Shown here: positions 47,401 through 61,604 of the stretch, piece by piece
Layout of the letters: the number at the start of each line of letters is the position of its first letter
How positions within the stretch are numbered: the stretch's first letter is position 1
Assembly (NCBI GenBank): GCA_964035545.1
Contig: OZ037765.1
Span: 15,624,995-15,688,994 of the forward strand
From: Bugula neritina
Taxonomy: Eukaryota; Animalia; Bryozoa
Length of the DNA stretch: 64,000 nt
Reading direction: 5' to 3'
Made by a program: the position numbers and the translations under genes
Notes under the pieces: generated by a model
The model's database searches: none
What the model was told of the DNA's origin: nothing
The model's input: only the letters and a program-made list of their open reading frames with translations

Positions 47401-50400
47401 CATGCTTAAATCATATTGCTACAAATATTATAGGACACAATGTTACATCTGGAGTTATCAACTCGGACTTCAGTGACCACTTGCCTTCGTTTTCCTTTCT
47501 GCATCAATTTAAAAATGTTGCATGCAATCAACTTGTTAACAAACCAAGGCATGTTATTAATTATTTGCAACTTGAAAAAAACTTAAAGTTGTGAATTAGA
47601 ACAATTTACACTCAGACGATATTAACAAATTTTACAATAACTTTTTGAAAAAGTTAAAGGAATGTGCTGATGATGGTAGAATAGAGCATTTTTCAAAACA
47701 ACACGTTAAAGATAAATTCAATAAACCCTGGATGACTGCTGATATCTTGTTGCTAATTAAGAAGAAACACCGGTAACATAGAAGACTTCAATCCAATCCA
47801 TTAAATTGGAGACTCGCACAAAAATTTATAAAATTGCGCAATGAAGTTGGCATGCTCTTAAAGAATGCTAAATATAAATTATTTTGTGTTATATTATTAT
47901 GTGTCTTTTGTTTATCACTAATTACAGACTAGCGAGAGGCTACGTTATAATGTCATGTGCATTTGTTTATTAAAATACATATTGGGTCACCGACGAACGA
48001 GAGACTACGAGATGAAGATGTCAGCCTACAGTAGAGAAACATGCTGATAGACTTTGTGATAAAATAATTATAAATCAGTACTATACTTTTGGTCCTTGTA
48101 TTTCCCCTGGCCGGCCAGACCCCACTTTATTGTTCTTTCGATACTTCAATGTCATGCCTACATACTTCGAGTAACTCTCAGGTAATTATATACTCACTAT
48201 ACTTAATGTTTCATGGTGGCAGCTAGATCGTACTCGCACCCTACTTTGCCACTGGAGTGGTGATTGTTTAGCTTTTAGTTGTTTGTTGTTGTGGACTGTG
48301 TTGGTCTGCCTTGGAGCTGTCATGGAAGGTTTGAAGGCCCCTGGAGAATTATCATTTGAAGGTAATGTGTCAGACAATTGGAGGAAGTGGAGAAGGGCCT
48401 TGGAAAATTATTTGCTTGCAAGTGATTTGGTTTTGAAGCCTCAAGAGAGTGGCCAAGAGCCTCCTCCTGAGAATGCGGGTATTATTAGACGTCAGGTTGC
48501 TATACTTCTGAACCAGGCTGGTGAGGAAGCTACTGAGATTTATGGTCAATTTGACTTTCCCGCAGACACCTTTGTGAAACGTCTAAAAACTCAAGCTACA
48601 AAATGTGATTTTGGCGAATTGCGAGACCGAATGCTTCTCTGCAGAATTGTGTTTGGACTCACTGATGGAAAGCTGAAGGAGCGGCTACTCCGTGACAAAA
48701 ACGTTAAACTTGAGAGTGCCTTAGATGACATCCGTGCTGCTGAGATTACCAAACAGCAGATGTCAAGGATGGCTGCCGGTGATACTACTATGAAGACAGT
48801 CAATGAGATAAATGATGCTGCAGTCAGCTCTGTGCAGAGTCAGTCTGGCGCTACGCAAAATAAAACCAGAAGTAACACACGTAAGGACAACATAGATTGC
48901 AAATTTTGTGGATATACACATGCCAAACGTAGATGTCCTGCTTATGGCGAGACATGTCATAACTGCGGGAAGAAAAATCACTTTGAGAAAGTCTGCAAAG
49001 GCAAAGCTCTTGCAGAGAAACAAATGAATAGCTTGTTCATAGGTGCTGTTGGTGCTCTTTCTAATGAATCTAAATTGAAATCTTGGATTCTTCCGATGAA
49101 GGTCAGTGACAAAGGAAAGGCCAATGATATTCAGTTTAAGATTGATACTGGAGCTGAAACAAATTGCATCAACCTAAGAACCGTTCAGTCACTTGGTGCT
49201 ACTCTAAAGCCCACTTCTGTATGCCTTTACGGCTATAATAAGACCAAGATCAAGAATGTGGGTGCAGTTCAACTCACCGTGAACCACAAGGAGCATAGCC
49301 AGAGTGTCCACTTTGAGGTGGTTGATGAGGACCTTCCTCCCATACTTGGCCTCGAGGCTGCTGAATCTTTTGGTCTGATCCGCAGAGTTGATCAGTTGTC
49401 AACCTCGATACTTCAGGAGTTCCCTGAGGTGTTTGAAGGAGTTGGCAGACTTGATGGAGAGCACGAGATATGTGTTGACGAGAATGTGAAGCCTGTGGTT
49501 CATCATCCAAGACGTGTCCCACTCAGTATGTTAGACAAAGTGAAAAAGGAGCTGGATGATATGGAGGCATCTGGAATCATATCTAAGGTTGACGTACCAA
49601 CCAACTGGGTGAGTAGTATGGTATGCGTTGAAAAGAAAGATGGGTCGGTTCGTATATGCCTAGACCCCAAGGACCTGAACAGAGCAGTGAGACGAGAACA
49701 TCACAAGATACCCACATTAGAAGACATTGCCTTCAGATTCAATGGTATGCAATACTACACCATCATGGACATGAAACATGGATACTGGCATGTAGCCTTG
49801 ACCAAAGAGCGTAGTCTGCTCACAACGTTCAACACCCCATATGGTCGCTACTGTTTTGATAGACTTCCATTTGGTCTTCACTCAAGTGCTGAAGTCTTTG
49901 AGAAGAAGGTGGAGCAAATATTTGGAGACTTGCCTGGTGTCTCAGTGTATTTTGATGACATCATTGTAGCTGGAAAGACACAACAGGAACATGATGCCAA
50001 TCTGAGAAAGCTATAGGTAAAGGCCAAAGAAGATAATGTGAAGTTTAATCGCAAGAAGATTCAGTTGAATCAGACGGAGGTGCGCTATTTAGGCCATATA
50101 GTATCGAAAGATGGTCTGCGTCCTGACCCAGACAAGATAGCTGCTATTGAGGCCATGCCTGACCCAACAGACCGAAAGGGAGTACAAAGACTGATTGGTA
50201 CTCTCAATTTTCTAAGAGCCTACATACCCAACATGTCAGCCTGTACTGAGCCCTTGAGAGTGCTACTGAAGAGTGATAGTCAGTGGGTGTGGTCCAAGGA
50301 ACAAATGGAAAGCTTCCAGGTAATTAAACGCTTGCTTACATCCGAACCTGTCTTGCAGTATTTTGATGTTACCAAGGATGCGCATTTACAAGTTGACGCT

Positions 50401-53400
50401 TCAAAGTCGGGACTTGGTGCAGTGTTACTACAGGAAGGTAAACCTGTTGCATATGCTTCACGCAGCTTAACTGAGACTGAGTGCAACTATCCCCAAATAG
50501 ATAAGGAGCTGCTAGCAGTTGTGTTCGGCTGTGAGCGCTTTCACAGCTACCTCTATGGACGTGCTGTTCACATGCAGACGGATCATAAACCTCTCGTCCC
50601 GATAATGAACAAGTCGTTGCACAAGGCATCCCCAAGGCTGCAAAGACTACTTCTGCGACTACAAAGATACCGGATAGCTGAGTTCACATATGTTCCAGGC
50701 AAGTATTTATATATTGCTGACACACTATCCCGAGCCTACCTTCAGCGCGTTACAAATGATCAGTGTAATCTCGAAGGTGAAGTTGTAATGGTTCATGCCT
50801 TAGAAACCGATGATAGCACCATGAATGAGATGAGACAGTCATATGCTGAAGACCCGACAATGGACAGTCTGAAAAAAGCACTGCAAGATGGTTGGTCATG
50901 GAGTAGACGGAGTCAGGCCCCCACAGAAATTCAACCCTACTGGAATGTTAGATCTGACATCTATGATGTGGATGGATTTCTTTACGTTGAAGAGCGGCTT
51001 ATAGTTCCGAAGTCACAGAGGAAGCACATTCTAAAGTCGCTACACATGGGCCACCTGGGCGTTGAGAAATGCAGAGAGCTTGCGAGGAAATCATTCTATT
51101 GGCCTGGGCTATCTGCTGATATACGGAATGAAGTGTCAAGTTGCCTCACCTGCGCTAAGTTTTCCAACCGTCAACAGAAAGAGCCGTTAATGTCTTATGA
51201 GCTGCCAAGTCTACCATGGAATAAAGTGGCTATGGATATACTGTCCTATAAGAATAATGATTACTTGGTAGTTGTGGACTGTTACTCTCACTTCCCCGAG
51301 CTGAGATTACTCAGGAGAAAGACTGCTGAAGACGTGGTTTTGGCATTGAAATCCATATTTGCTGTACACGGGGTACCAGTGTCCATTCTGGCGGACAACA
51401 TGCCTTTCAGCAGTAGAGTCATGCAAACTTTTGCATCAAGCTGGTGCTTCACCATTGTAACATCTAGTCCGCACTACCCTAAGTCCAATGAAATGGCTGA
51501 GCGTTATGTGCAAACGATGAAAGCCTTTCTAAAAAAATGTGAGGATGAAAGAGAGGATATATACAGGTCACTACTCAGATACAGGCAATCTCCCATCACT
51601 GGCTGTGCTTTCAGTCCAGCTGAGCTTCTGTTCAACAGAGCCCTAAGAAGTGATTTGCCAATCACTGCCGAGTCGCTTAAACCAGTTGTTATTGAGGCTA
51701 GCCAACAACTAATAGCCAACCAAAACTTGCAGAAGAAGTACCATGACCGCCATGCACGGCCGTTGGCTGATCTGGAACCTGGGACTCCTGCACTAATCAG
51801 GTCAAGCACTGACAAAGAATGGTCGCCAGGAATGATTGTCGAGCAGCATGACTCCCCCAGATCCTACTTGGTTGACAACGGTCAGTCTATAGTGCGTAGG
51901 AATCGTGTTCACCTCAAACCAGATAACACACAGACCCTTGGTGTCGCTGATGCTGCTGATTCTGATGTTGGGGATGCTCCTAATGAATCCCCCCACATGC
52001 CTGCCCTGCCTGCAACACCTCTCAGGAACGCGGCACCACCACCAGAGTGTCAACCCAGAAGCAACCGTGGAGTCCTCCCCGCTAAATACAAGGACTTCCA
52101 CATGGGATAAGCTATTAGCCGTTTCCCACCCTGTACATAGTTATTTAGTTTCATTGTTAATCCCCAATCCATATTAATCATGTATACTCGTATCATATTA
52201 TTAATCTCAGCAACCTTAATCACAATGTTATAGAAGGAAGTCACCTGCTTAAAAAGGGAGATGTTATATTATTATGTGTCTGTTGTTTATCACTAATTAC
52301 GGACTAGTGAGAGGCTACGTTATAATGTCATGTGCATTTGTTTATTAAAATACATATTGGGTCACCGACGAACGAGAGACTACGAGATGAAGATGTCAGC
52401 CTACAGTAGAGAAACATGCCGATAGACTTTGTGATAAAATAATTATAAATCAGTACTATACTTTTGGTCCTTGTATTTCCCCTGGCCGGCCAGACCCCAC
52501 TTTATTGTTCTTTCGATACTTCAATGTCATGCCTACATACTTCGAGTAACTCTCAGGTAATTATATACTCACTATACTTAATGTTTCATTTTGTTAATGC
52601 TTTTAATAGCTGCACTAGCTCTAAAAAGCTTTAGAATTTTGTGAATTGTGAAATTTTAAAAGAACACAACCAAGAAAGCCGAAAACTGCCTTCAAAATTA
52701 GTTTGCCTAATTGATCCCACCAAGATTCTAGAGAGTGATAGTGAAATAGCTGATGAGTTAAATTATTTTTTTAGTAATATCGGAAAACAGCTAGCTTCGA
52801 AGTTTGATGATAGGATAGAGCCAGATGATCAGCAAATATATTATGGGCATGCAACAGTGATTAGTGATGCTTTCAAGCTTCAGCATGTTGATCAAGCTAG
52901 GATATTACAATTAATAACACAATCAACTCCGATAAAGCTTCTGGTTTAGACCATATTTCAGTAAAATTTGCAAAGTCTGTATCTCAAAACATAGCTTACT
53001 CATTATGTAAGTTATTTAATCAATCTTTTGATTTTAGAAAAGTGCCTGACCAATTAAAATCAGGAAAGATATTTTCGTTGTTTAAAGGAGGTTCTCTCAA
53101 TGAATGTGGAAATTATCGCCCTATATCAATTTTGCGAGTTTTCAGCAAAATCTTGGGAAAAATTGTCAACCAACAAATCTTACATTATTTGGAAACTACA
53201 AATATACTTTTTTGCCACCAATTTTGATTTAGATGTGGTAGAGGTACATCAGATGCTGTTTTAATGTTCACCAATCACATTATTGAGTCTTTTGACAAAA
53301 GCGAATGTGTTCTTATTATATTTATTGATTTTCGTAAAGCATTCGACACCATTGATCACATTATACTTAGTAAAAAATTAAAGCAATATATATTTTAGCG

Positions 53401-56400
53401 ACTTAGCCATTCATTGAATTCAAAATTATTTAACAAACAAAAAACAGATAACTAAAATAAATGAATCCTTTTCTAAAATTAGTAATATAACATGTGGTGT
53501 ACCTCATGTGGCTCCATATTGGGTCCAACCCTATTTCTACCATATATCAATGATCTTTTTCTCAATTTAAAATATCTAACTCCCATACTGTATGCAGATG
53601 ACACAAATCTGTTTTTTAAATCTAGGAACCTCAATTATGTATTTTCTGAAATCAGTTATGACTTAGTAAAGCTTAACAAATGGTGTCAAACAAATAAACT
53701 AACTATAAAGTATGACAAAACCTGCTATATGATATTTAAAAACCATCAAAATAAGTTTATTTTAGATCAAAGTCTAACTTTAAATAATATGAATATTAAA
53801 GAGGTTGACGAAATAAAATTTCTTGGAGCAGTAATTGATAAGCACTTAAGCTGGTCGTCACATGCCAACAAATTGCTAAGAGATCTTAGACCTGCAGCTG
53901 GTATTTTTTATCGTTTCAGTAATTTTGTTCCTAGCTAAAAAAGTTTTAACATTGTTGTATTATTCATTCACACACTCTAAGTTATGCTACTCCATTGAAT
54001 CATGGGGAAATACATCTGGAGTTCATCTTCAAAGGTTGATTCAGTTTCAAAAGAAAATTGTAAGAATAATTAATTGGAAACCTTGTAGATTTCCAACCAA
54101 AGACCTATTTAAGACATTAGATATTCTAACTGTAGATAAATTATACAAATACAAGATACTCATTCAAGCACAAAAGCTATTTTATTCACTCAAGTCTTCA
54201 ACCTCCGCTTACTATTCTACTCGTTATCAGCTACTTTCCCTCCCTGTACTTTTTCATTTATCATCCGCTGGCCAAAGATCCTCAAATTTTATAACACCTG
54301 TGATGTGGAATCAACTATCAAGATCACTGAGAATGATATCCTGTTTAGGTAATTTTAAGGTGGAGCTGAGACACCACCTCATCTCTACAGAGTGAACATT
54401 TCATTTGTTTATTAATTTGTATGATGCACTACTGACTCGTTCTTGCTGGCTTTGCCTTTTCGCAATGGGCCCCATCATCATCTTCAAAATAATTTTTTGT
54501 TACACTTTCTTTTGATAATTATTGTCTTTTCTTTTTTCATCTATTTTATAATCAGTGTAAATGTTCTATGATGAAATAAACACACAGGCACACACACAAA
54601 TGGTGCAAAAATAACAAATAAAGCAAATAAGAAAATTATAAATGTTTCAACTTACCCTAAACTTAAACGACAAAACTACGCACCAATCACTATACCAAAA
54701 GGCTCTACTAAATACACCCATTGCAAACCCAACTGCCTACCAAACAACATCTCAAATCTAACGTTCTCCATCAAAAAATGATTATCTGCAATGTCCTCAA
54801 ATCATTAAACAATTTACATCAACCTACTAAAGCTTCTTTAATAACAGTAGCTACAAACATCAACTATAGCTTCTGCCAGAATCACAGACAAATATAACAC
54901 AGATACAATGAAACCAAGTAGAAAAATCGTTTGCTATATTCTTCGGTTTCATCCCAGACAGACTTTGGCAGTTAGACCCTTCCCCTTAGACACTTCCCAC
55001 TTGGACGTTTACCAGTCAGTCGCTATTTTTAATTTTGGTAAATATATTATATAGTGATATACCTATATATAAATAGCTGTTGTATTGATTGCTAAACATG
55101 AAATAATAGTTAAACTTAATATAAATTTCATGGATTTGTGTAGGACAAAAATAACAGCAATAATTGATAATAAACATTATTCTTAATGAACTCTCATTAT
55201 TGAAATATTTGTTAAACAAAAAGTACAGAAAATTAAAAGAATTTATTTATGTACTAGACGATATTTATTTAGTTTATTACAATAAGTGTATTCTATGTGC
55301 AAATTAAAAATTGAATATTATTGAAATAAATTTCTTGCAAACTTGATTAAATCCCACTGATTCAAATAAATTGCACATAAAATACATATATCGTAATCAA
55401 ATAAATAATGTTTAACTGGGAAGCGCCCATGTGGGAAATTCAGCCTAGTGTCTATCTGGAAAGACACTTATTCATCCTTTTAGTCAACATGCTTTGGAAG
55501 AAACATAAGTTTCTTTCATAGAGCATGAGTGGGCCATTGTACTTTATCCTGTGCTGACAAGAGGCGAAACCGTGGAAAAGCCACTTTACACAGATTGAAA
55601 TACACACATGCGTGCATGCGAGTGTGCGTGTGTGTGTGACACATATACATATACATATACATATACAAGGAGAACTTACCATTTACAGGCTCAACACCGT
55701 AGACTAGACAATCAGGATTTCTGAGTTTAGCTGCCATTGAGATTCCAGAAAGAAGGCCACCACCACCACAACAGGTTACTATTATCTCTGTGTTGGGGTT
55801 ATCATCAAAAATTTCTTGTGCTATGCTAAAAATATGTTGTTGTGGGCATAATATAAGTTGTTGAATCCAAAGATTTGTAAGTTTATGTGTTATGGTAACT
55901 GCATATTCAACTTCACCACCTAATCAGAAAATTGCATTCTACTATACAAGAGAGCAAGTGTCCCAAGAATGCTTCATGTGAAGTTGAATGATTTCTAATA
56001 TGGACAACTTGTTGCTTTAAGGTACTTACAATCTTGCATATAATTATTTGCACTACCACTTATAACAAGGTGGATTGCGTATAAGTGAAAAGTAAAAGTT
56101 TTATTCTGCACTGACTGCACTCGCAGCAACAACTGACTGCTTTACAATCAAGCACGGTCTATTGTCTAATATTGCACTCAAAATCATGACTAATAAAATA
56201 AGTGCATTAACCTTTCACATAATGAGTAAAACAAATGTGGACACTTAACCAGGATACAACACCACTCAGTCTCAAATTTTCAACATTTTATAACAAGGAT
56301 TAGGTTACATATGACAATGGCAAAAAAGTAAGTTGGAAAATAGTAGCAGCAAAGGAATGTTTGCCCCGATTTTAGGTTGATTTTTTATAGTGCGGCAGTT

Positions 56401-59400
56401 GATAAATCAGCTATTTTTCTTATGTTAATCAACTAAATTAAATTGGGTCATTCCGTGTCAAATCAACCAAATTTCAGAAAGTCCATTGCCTTTGTGTCTC
56501 AGATTTTGTTCATATTTACACTAAATGGACCTACACATGTCTTGAGTACTATTCTTGAATATTTCTGGCCTGATACAAAAACTTTTTGAGAAATTACTAT
56601 TTCCATGAACAAAGGTTGAGAAAGATTTTGAGGAAAATTTGCGATTTTTACTTTTAGACCAATTTGTAAACGTCCATATCTCCATTATTTTTCTAGACTG
56701 AGCCTTAAAATTTGGTGTGTGATTTGATAACATCTATCAATTTGCACTAGTAGTAACACATACTGCAGAATACTTGGTGTGCATATATGCTAAGCCATTG
56801 AATATTGGAAATTTTTTATGAATTTTGAAAAATTTCGAATATTTGCCACATCACAAAAGGCGTTAATTTTTATTTTGCTTCCATGAATTTTTATCCATAA
56901 ATAGTTGATTATGGTGACTTTATACTCTTTACTTTTTGTAATTTTGAAAATAATATTTTCGGAGATATAGACACCCGAAGTGAAGAAAATGTGAAAATTC
57001 GCCCAACTTCACAAGGATGTAACCCGATGTTTGAATACAGTAAAATCTTTCAAACAAGCATTTTCTCTCAGTTTCTACAATTCAAAGGAGTAGAATTATA
57101 CCAGGAGAGCCCCAAAAATTAGTCCTTGCAGTAAAGTGAACTATGGGAAAAAAACAGAATCAAGTAGAGGAGGTCATTGCTAAGAAGGTTGCCACAGTTG
57201 CAAGTATAGAGGGAGAGGAATTCCACCCAGAAGCAACAAATGCCTGTATAAAGCCTAATAACCATAAAGATTTGAACATATTAATATGTTCCTTGAATAA
57301 AGTGAAAGTTTCTTTGTGACAAAAGAAGGTCCAGTTATTGACATTGGCACCAGAAAGCTAGACCATTGATAAGACATCTATAGAATTTGAAGTAAACAAT
57401 TGTCGTTGTGTTTTAAGTTAGAGAAATAAATATTTATTATAATAGCAGACTGAAAAAATAGCAACGTAAAAAAAGGTTATCTCATGAGTTACAAGTTGCC
57501 AGTACAAGTGTGAAATGCAAGTCTGGATAAGAAAAAAACTGCTGGGTCTTTACAGTCGTAAAAAAGTTAGCTTTTGTGTATTAGCTATAATGAAAATGGA
57601 AAAGCATAATATAGCTGAGATGACATGTGAAAAGCTATCATGTATTAGGAAAAAGCTTTCCCAGCTTATGTAAAAACCCAACAATTACCTTGCACAGCAA
57701 GCCAGAAGACTGCAAAAGGAGTTCTGTCTGAACCAGATACTAAAGTTGGAAGACCATTGTTTCCAGTTATAAAAAAGAGAGTTGTAAATTTTTTTTAGGA
57801 TGATGAACATTAGACATGGCATGAGGCCAATTACTTGATTCTTTAACCAGTACTGACCAAATTAGGGCGAGGTTAGGGCCATTCTGCTATATTTAGGCAC
57901 ATCTGTTTCAAAAGCCACAATTATTTCCGGCATGTATTAAACACCTTCATCGAATTAATTAGGCCTATTGTGTTCAGGGCCATGGTGTTATATTTGGGCA
58001 TGTTTTTTAAGCCACCCTTGCTTCAGTTACTTAATGTACTTGATTCCAGCAAGATTTCGGCTGCTTCACACCATTCACTCACAGAAATAACAATTGCTAC
58101 CTGAAACTTAATGGGAATATAATATAATGTCAATCGGCAGAATTTGTCTTACGATATTACACACAAATCAGACTTTATTGTAATCGTCAGTAGATTTGAC
58201 ATATATAGGAAACATATATGTATCTACTTGATATTTTGAACAATATGAATAATAAAAAATGTATGATCCCAATATATTATATTGAAAAATTGCATTTTGC
58301 CGATTTTCGTACGCATACCATTTTTCCGTGTGATTTACTTTAAGTTTGGACAATATAAGGACGTTCAAAGTTATGAATCTACAAAATAAACTAAATGACG
58401 TTACAGAAAATGCTTGTTTGAAAGATTTTACTGTATTCAAACATCGGGTTACATCCTTGTGAAGTTATGCGAATTTTCACATTTTCTTAACTTTGGTTGT
58501 TTATATCTCGGAAAATATTATTTTCAAAATTACAAAAATTAAGGAGTATAAAATCACCATAATCACCTATATATGGATAAAAATAGATGAAAGTAAAACA
58601 AAAACCAACGCCTTTTGTGATGTGGCAAATATTCGAAATTTTTTTCAAAATTCACAAAAATTTGCCAATATTTAGTGGCTTAGCATATATGCACACAAAG
58701 TATTTTGCGGCATGTGTTACTACTAGTGCAAATTGATAGGTGTTATCAAATCACACACCAAATTTTAAGGCTCAGTCTAAAAAAATGATTGAGATATGGA
58801 CGTTTATAAATTGGTCTAAAAGTAAAAATCACAAATTTTCCTCAAAATTTTTCCCAATCTTTGTTCACAGAAATATTCATTTCTCAAAAAGTTTTTGTGT
58901 CAGGCCAGAAATATTCAATAAAAGTACTCAGGACATGTGTAGGTCCATTTGGTGTAAATATGAACAAAATCTGAGACGCAATAGCGGGGGGGGGGCATTT
59001 GTTGAGTTGACGTGGAATGACCCAATTAGCAGAAGCTTGTTACAACAGAAGGGGTAGAAGTTACAACTACTAAAACTATTGGTAGTAAAATCAGGCTATT
59101 TTATATTTCATGTTGGAATAGTTACTGTATATAAGGCAACCTTGAGTACAAAACTTTTCTAATACCCGAACCTGAGGTTTTACTTGGTTGAACCTACTTT
59201 TCAAGTTTAAAAACGTGTATTAGAAGTAGAAAAGCAGAAGGGATTTGGATGACTAATTAAATTACTCTTGGCAATATCTTGTTTAGTCTCGATAACCTTT
59301 ACTTTAAGTGACTTACACAAATAACCAAATAAAACAAGTTTGAATTTATATATTGGATCAAAACATTACCTGCTGTAGCCATAAAATAAAGTAGGATCAT

Positions 59401-61246
59401 CAAATGGATGCAGGAATAGCAGGCCATCTTTTTCATAAGACATCACCCGCTCAGAGAGCAGATTACTAGAAACTGTTTCTACTTTCAATCCTTTATTCTT
59501 GCAAAATCAATAAAAAAGTCCCTATTATATATTATAAAATAATTTTATGAAGCAAAATATGACAACAGAACTGAATATTTAAGATGCCAGTTCATGTTTA
59601 AACACTAACAACTTTCATGACCGCATACATGTATAGTCATTAGGCAGCTTTTCTACCATTATAATAAATGTTTATTATTATATAAATAAATATAACATAG
59701 TCACGTTAATCAGTAATGTGTTGTCAATTTTATTTTAGCAAAATAATTATATCTATACAAGATCTTAAACACTACATTTCCATCATCCGAATTATGCAAA
59801 CCCCAAATCCGCAACGAAAATCCATTCAAACGAAAATCCATTTAAACTGTTCCTTCGGAAGAAAATCCCCTTCCCTTAGAAATGGATCATTCCATTAAAT
59901 CCAATGAAATCATTTGTGCCGAAGGCAAAGACCGGCAATAGAGCATGTAAAACTCAGCTAATCAGGGGTGTGTACCAAGTCTCGAATCTAACCCTTATGT
60001 GCTTAGCCTCGCAGTTTCAACTGTAGTCTGACATGCGCATTACAACTTATATAAAATTCTCCAAGTTCAAATTCAAAATGGATGCTTCCGAAAACTAACT
60101 GTACGAACTTTATTCCATGAACTTTTATGCCATTGCTTAAAACTACTAGTTTTTGTTACTATTATAAAACAGTATCAAAAGCATAGTACAGTCGCTGAGC
60201 TGTAATGGCGGTGCTACACCATATTTATTAATACTATCATATAGTACACCACGCACATATTGTTGGGACATATTACATTGGCATGGAAAGCCAAGTACTG
60301 AACTATGGACAGATGAGAGATAAAGGTTTATGACATTTATTGGAGACAACTCAATTACATATGACAAAGTATCACAAATATCTTTGACAAATCTATCAAC
60401 AACCATCTACAAGCGATTGAGTGAGTGGGCAGATGGACAATATTTATAACCACATGATGACCCAGTACAACTCAAGGACTTTTAGCATCAGAGAGAGATA
60501 TATATTCTGGAGCGACATCAAAAGAAAACCAGGGGATATAATTCTTGAACTAGCTGCCAGAATTCAACATGACGCAACAACTTGTAACTTTACTTCTATC
60601 CATAACACACAAGATGAAGCACTCAAAACAATATTTGTCTGTTTAGTAGGCAATGAAGCTATACTGAAAGCACTCTTCAAACTAAATGATGAAGATCTCA
60701 CCTTCACCTGAGCTATTAAAGTTACAGTGGAACGTGAAGAAGCAGCAGAGGTAGCCAAAGAAATTCTACATGTAACTACTGTAAAATTAACGGATATCTT
60801 GAAGTGGTATGCCAGAAGAAAAAGTATAGGAATAACAAGCCATTGAAGATTATGGGAGCCTTAATTATGGTAAACACCATTCCACAACTTCAATTGAGTT
60901 TGAAACTTGAAACTTTTCACAAGTATCAGAGAATCGAGAAATTACTAAATGATATTTTAGCCATATGTATATATCAAATGGCATAACTGGTACATTATAG
61001 AGCAGCAATACAATTGCATTTATAAAAAAATTGAAATTTAAAGTATTACCTTTATATACTGAGATCGAGAAGGTGGAGCAAATTCTGGAAGGACAACAAT
61101 CCCTTGCATGTTAAAATTGTAACAGGCTTCTGCAAATGATCTTCCATAGTTTCCAGCTGACATAGTTACCAACTGACGCTCGCCCTCAAGGACATCTCGG
61201 GGCAAAGATTTGAATTGGTTGACTATTCCTCGAATTTTAAAAGAAC
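38467..61246 (-). CDS. PLP-dependent serine/threonine dehydratase (TdcB-like)/serine racemase family enzyme, 5' exon(s) not found
   Basis: Exons 61246-61050, 59497-59370, 55825-55680, 38973-38881 and 38717-38467 with consistent phases. Motifs GSFKIRG (PLP lysine), SAGNYG, HPFDD, CGGGGLLSG, GVEP, VVEPSGAA and LTGSN. Confidence 0.92.
39325..39390 (-). mobile_element. tRNA-derived SINE head
   Basis: The minus strand has A box TGGTGTAATGG and B box GGTTCGGATTCC, with no intact cloverleaf. Confidence 0.6.
40932..41130 (+). mobile_element. tRNA-derived SINE inserted in the pPolB relic (3' boundary approximate)
   Basis: A box TGGTCTAGGGG and B box GGTTCGAGCCC, followed by a non-tRNA body. Confidence 0.7.
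41961..42491. mobile_element. Solo LTR (531 bp) in pPolB
   Basis: TGTAATA...TACTACA ends and 4-bp TSD ATAC. Confidence 0.8.
43458..43993. mobile_element. Solo LTR (536 bp) in pPolB
   Basis: TGTAT...ATACA ends and 5-bp TSD GTGGA. Excision restores GIRSGVSMISHR. Confidence 0.9.
47887..52588 (+). mobile_element. Recent full-length Gypsy (Mag/K02A2.6-like) copy E
   Basis: 327-bp LTRs (47887-48213, 52262-52588) with 4 differences seen, 5-bp TSD TTTTG, PBS TGGTGGCAGC and PPT AAAAAGGGAGA. Confidence 0.97.
48322..52110 (+). pseudogene. Single-frame gag-pol of copy E with one in-frame TAG at 50014-50016
   Basis: CCHC knuckles, KIDTGA protease, YFDD RT, RNase H and integrase. The two ORF-track ORFs are in the same frame on either side of one stop. 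Confidence 0.9.
54953..55460. mobile_element. Possible old MITE with degenerate inverted ends
   Basis: CCAGACAGAC...TTCCCACTTGGACG on the left is loosely inverted as CGCCCATGTGGGAA...GTCTATCTGG on the right. The interior is AT-rich. Confidence 0.4.
56445..59023 (+). mobile_element. Sola2-like DNA transposon derivative with about 620-bp TIRs
   Basis: GGGTCATTCC...GGAATGACCC termini and 4-bp TSD AATT. 56445-57065 is inverted at about 58405-59023. Internal decayed transposase-like peptide KVQLLTLAPES near 57325. Confidence 0.75.
60421..60780 (+). pseudogene. Isolated Gypsy gag fragment
   Basis: IRERYIFWSDIKRKPG..ELAARI..ATTCNF..DEALKT, typical of K02A2.6-like gag. Confidence 0.7.
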
Positions 61247-61604
61247 CTGCATGTTATTATGTATAAATAAAATTATCGCAGACAGAATCAATTGTTTTCT
61301 TTTGTGTTTCACAAAATCTGCCAAGTTCAATATTAAAAGTTATTAGATATAATATTTATAATATTCTAGTAGAGTGCAAAAAGCTTTTTAAAGTGCATCT
61401 CAAAACATGAAAGTGAAACATAAAAGAGGATAAGTTTGAACAATATACAACAAAGCTGAAAATCAAATATATACAGCCTTTATACAAAATTTACACAATA
61501 ACACTTTGGGAAGTTTCAGTGCTCTTAATGTACAGTATACCTCTCTTTCTTGCCGTCAGTTGATACGACTATGACTGTTTTATGGATTCGGCTTAAATTT
61601 GGTT

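Larger units (their letters stand above)
45850..54600 (+). mobile_element. Near full-length decayed CR1-group LINE (ORF1, APE endonuclease, RT), split by Gypsy copy E; 5' boundary approximate
   Basis: ORF1 46097-46796 (coiled coil, FINE.L, KYVWT..RIYLR). APE motifs NVNCQS, VTEMWL, VVYR and SDHLP. RT motifs NYRPIS, GSILGPTLF, YADD and FLG. AATAAA plus (CA)n tail at about 54575-54598. Confidence 0.9.

Noticed and set aside
50014-50016. In-frame TAG in copy E as programmed read-through
   Set aside because: It lies inside RT just after YFDD, not at the gag-pol boundary, so it is most likely a nonsense mutation.
18262-55679. The two giant introns have almost equal length (16679 bp in KLHL10, 16706 bp in the dehydratase gene)
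   Set aside because: Their contents are unrelated TE stacks with no shared sequence, so coincidence is the simplest explanation.
38467-61246. Bacterial contamination or recent HGT of a tdcB-like gene
   Set aside because: The gene has canonical spliceosomal introns and host-like composition. Older HGT cannot be judged without a phylogeny.
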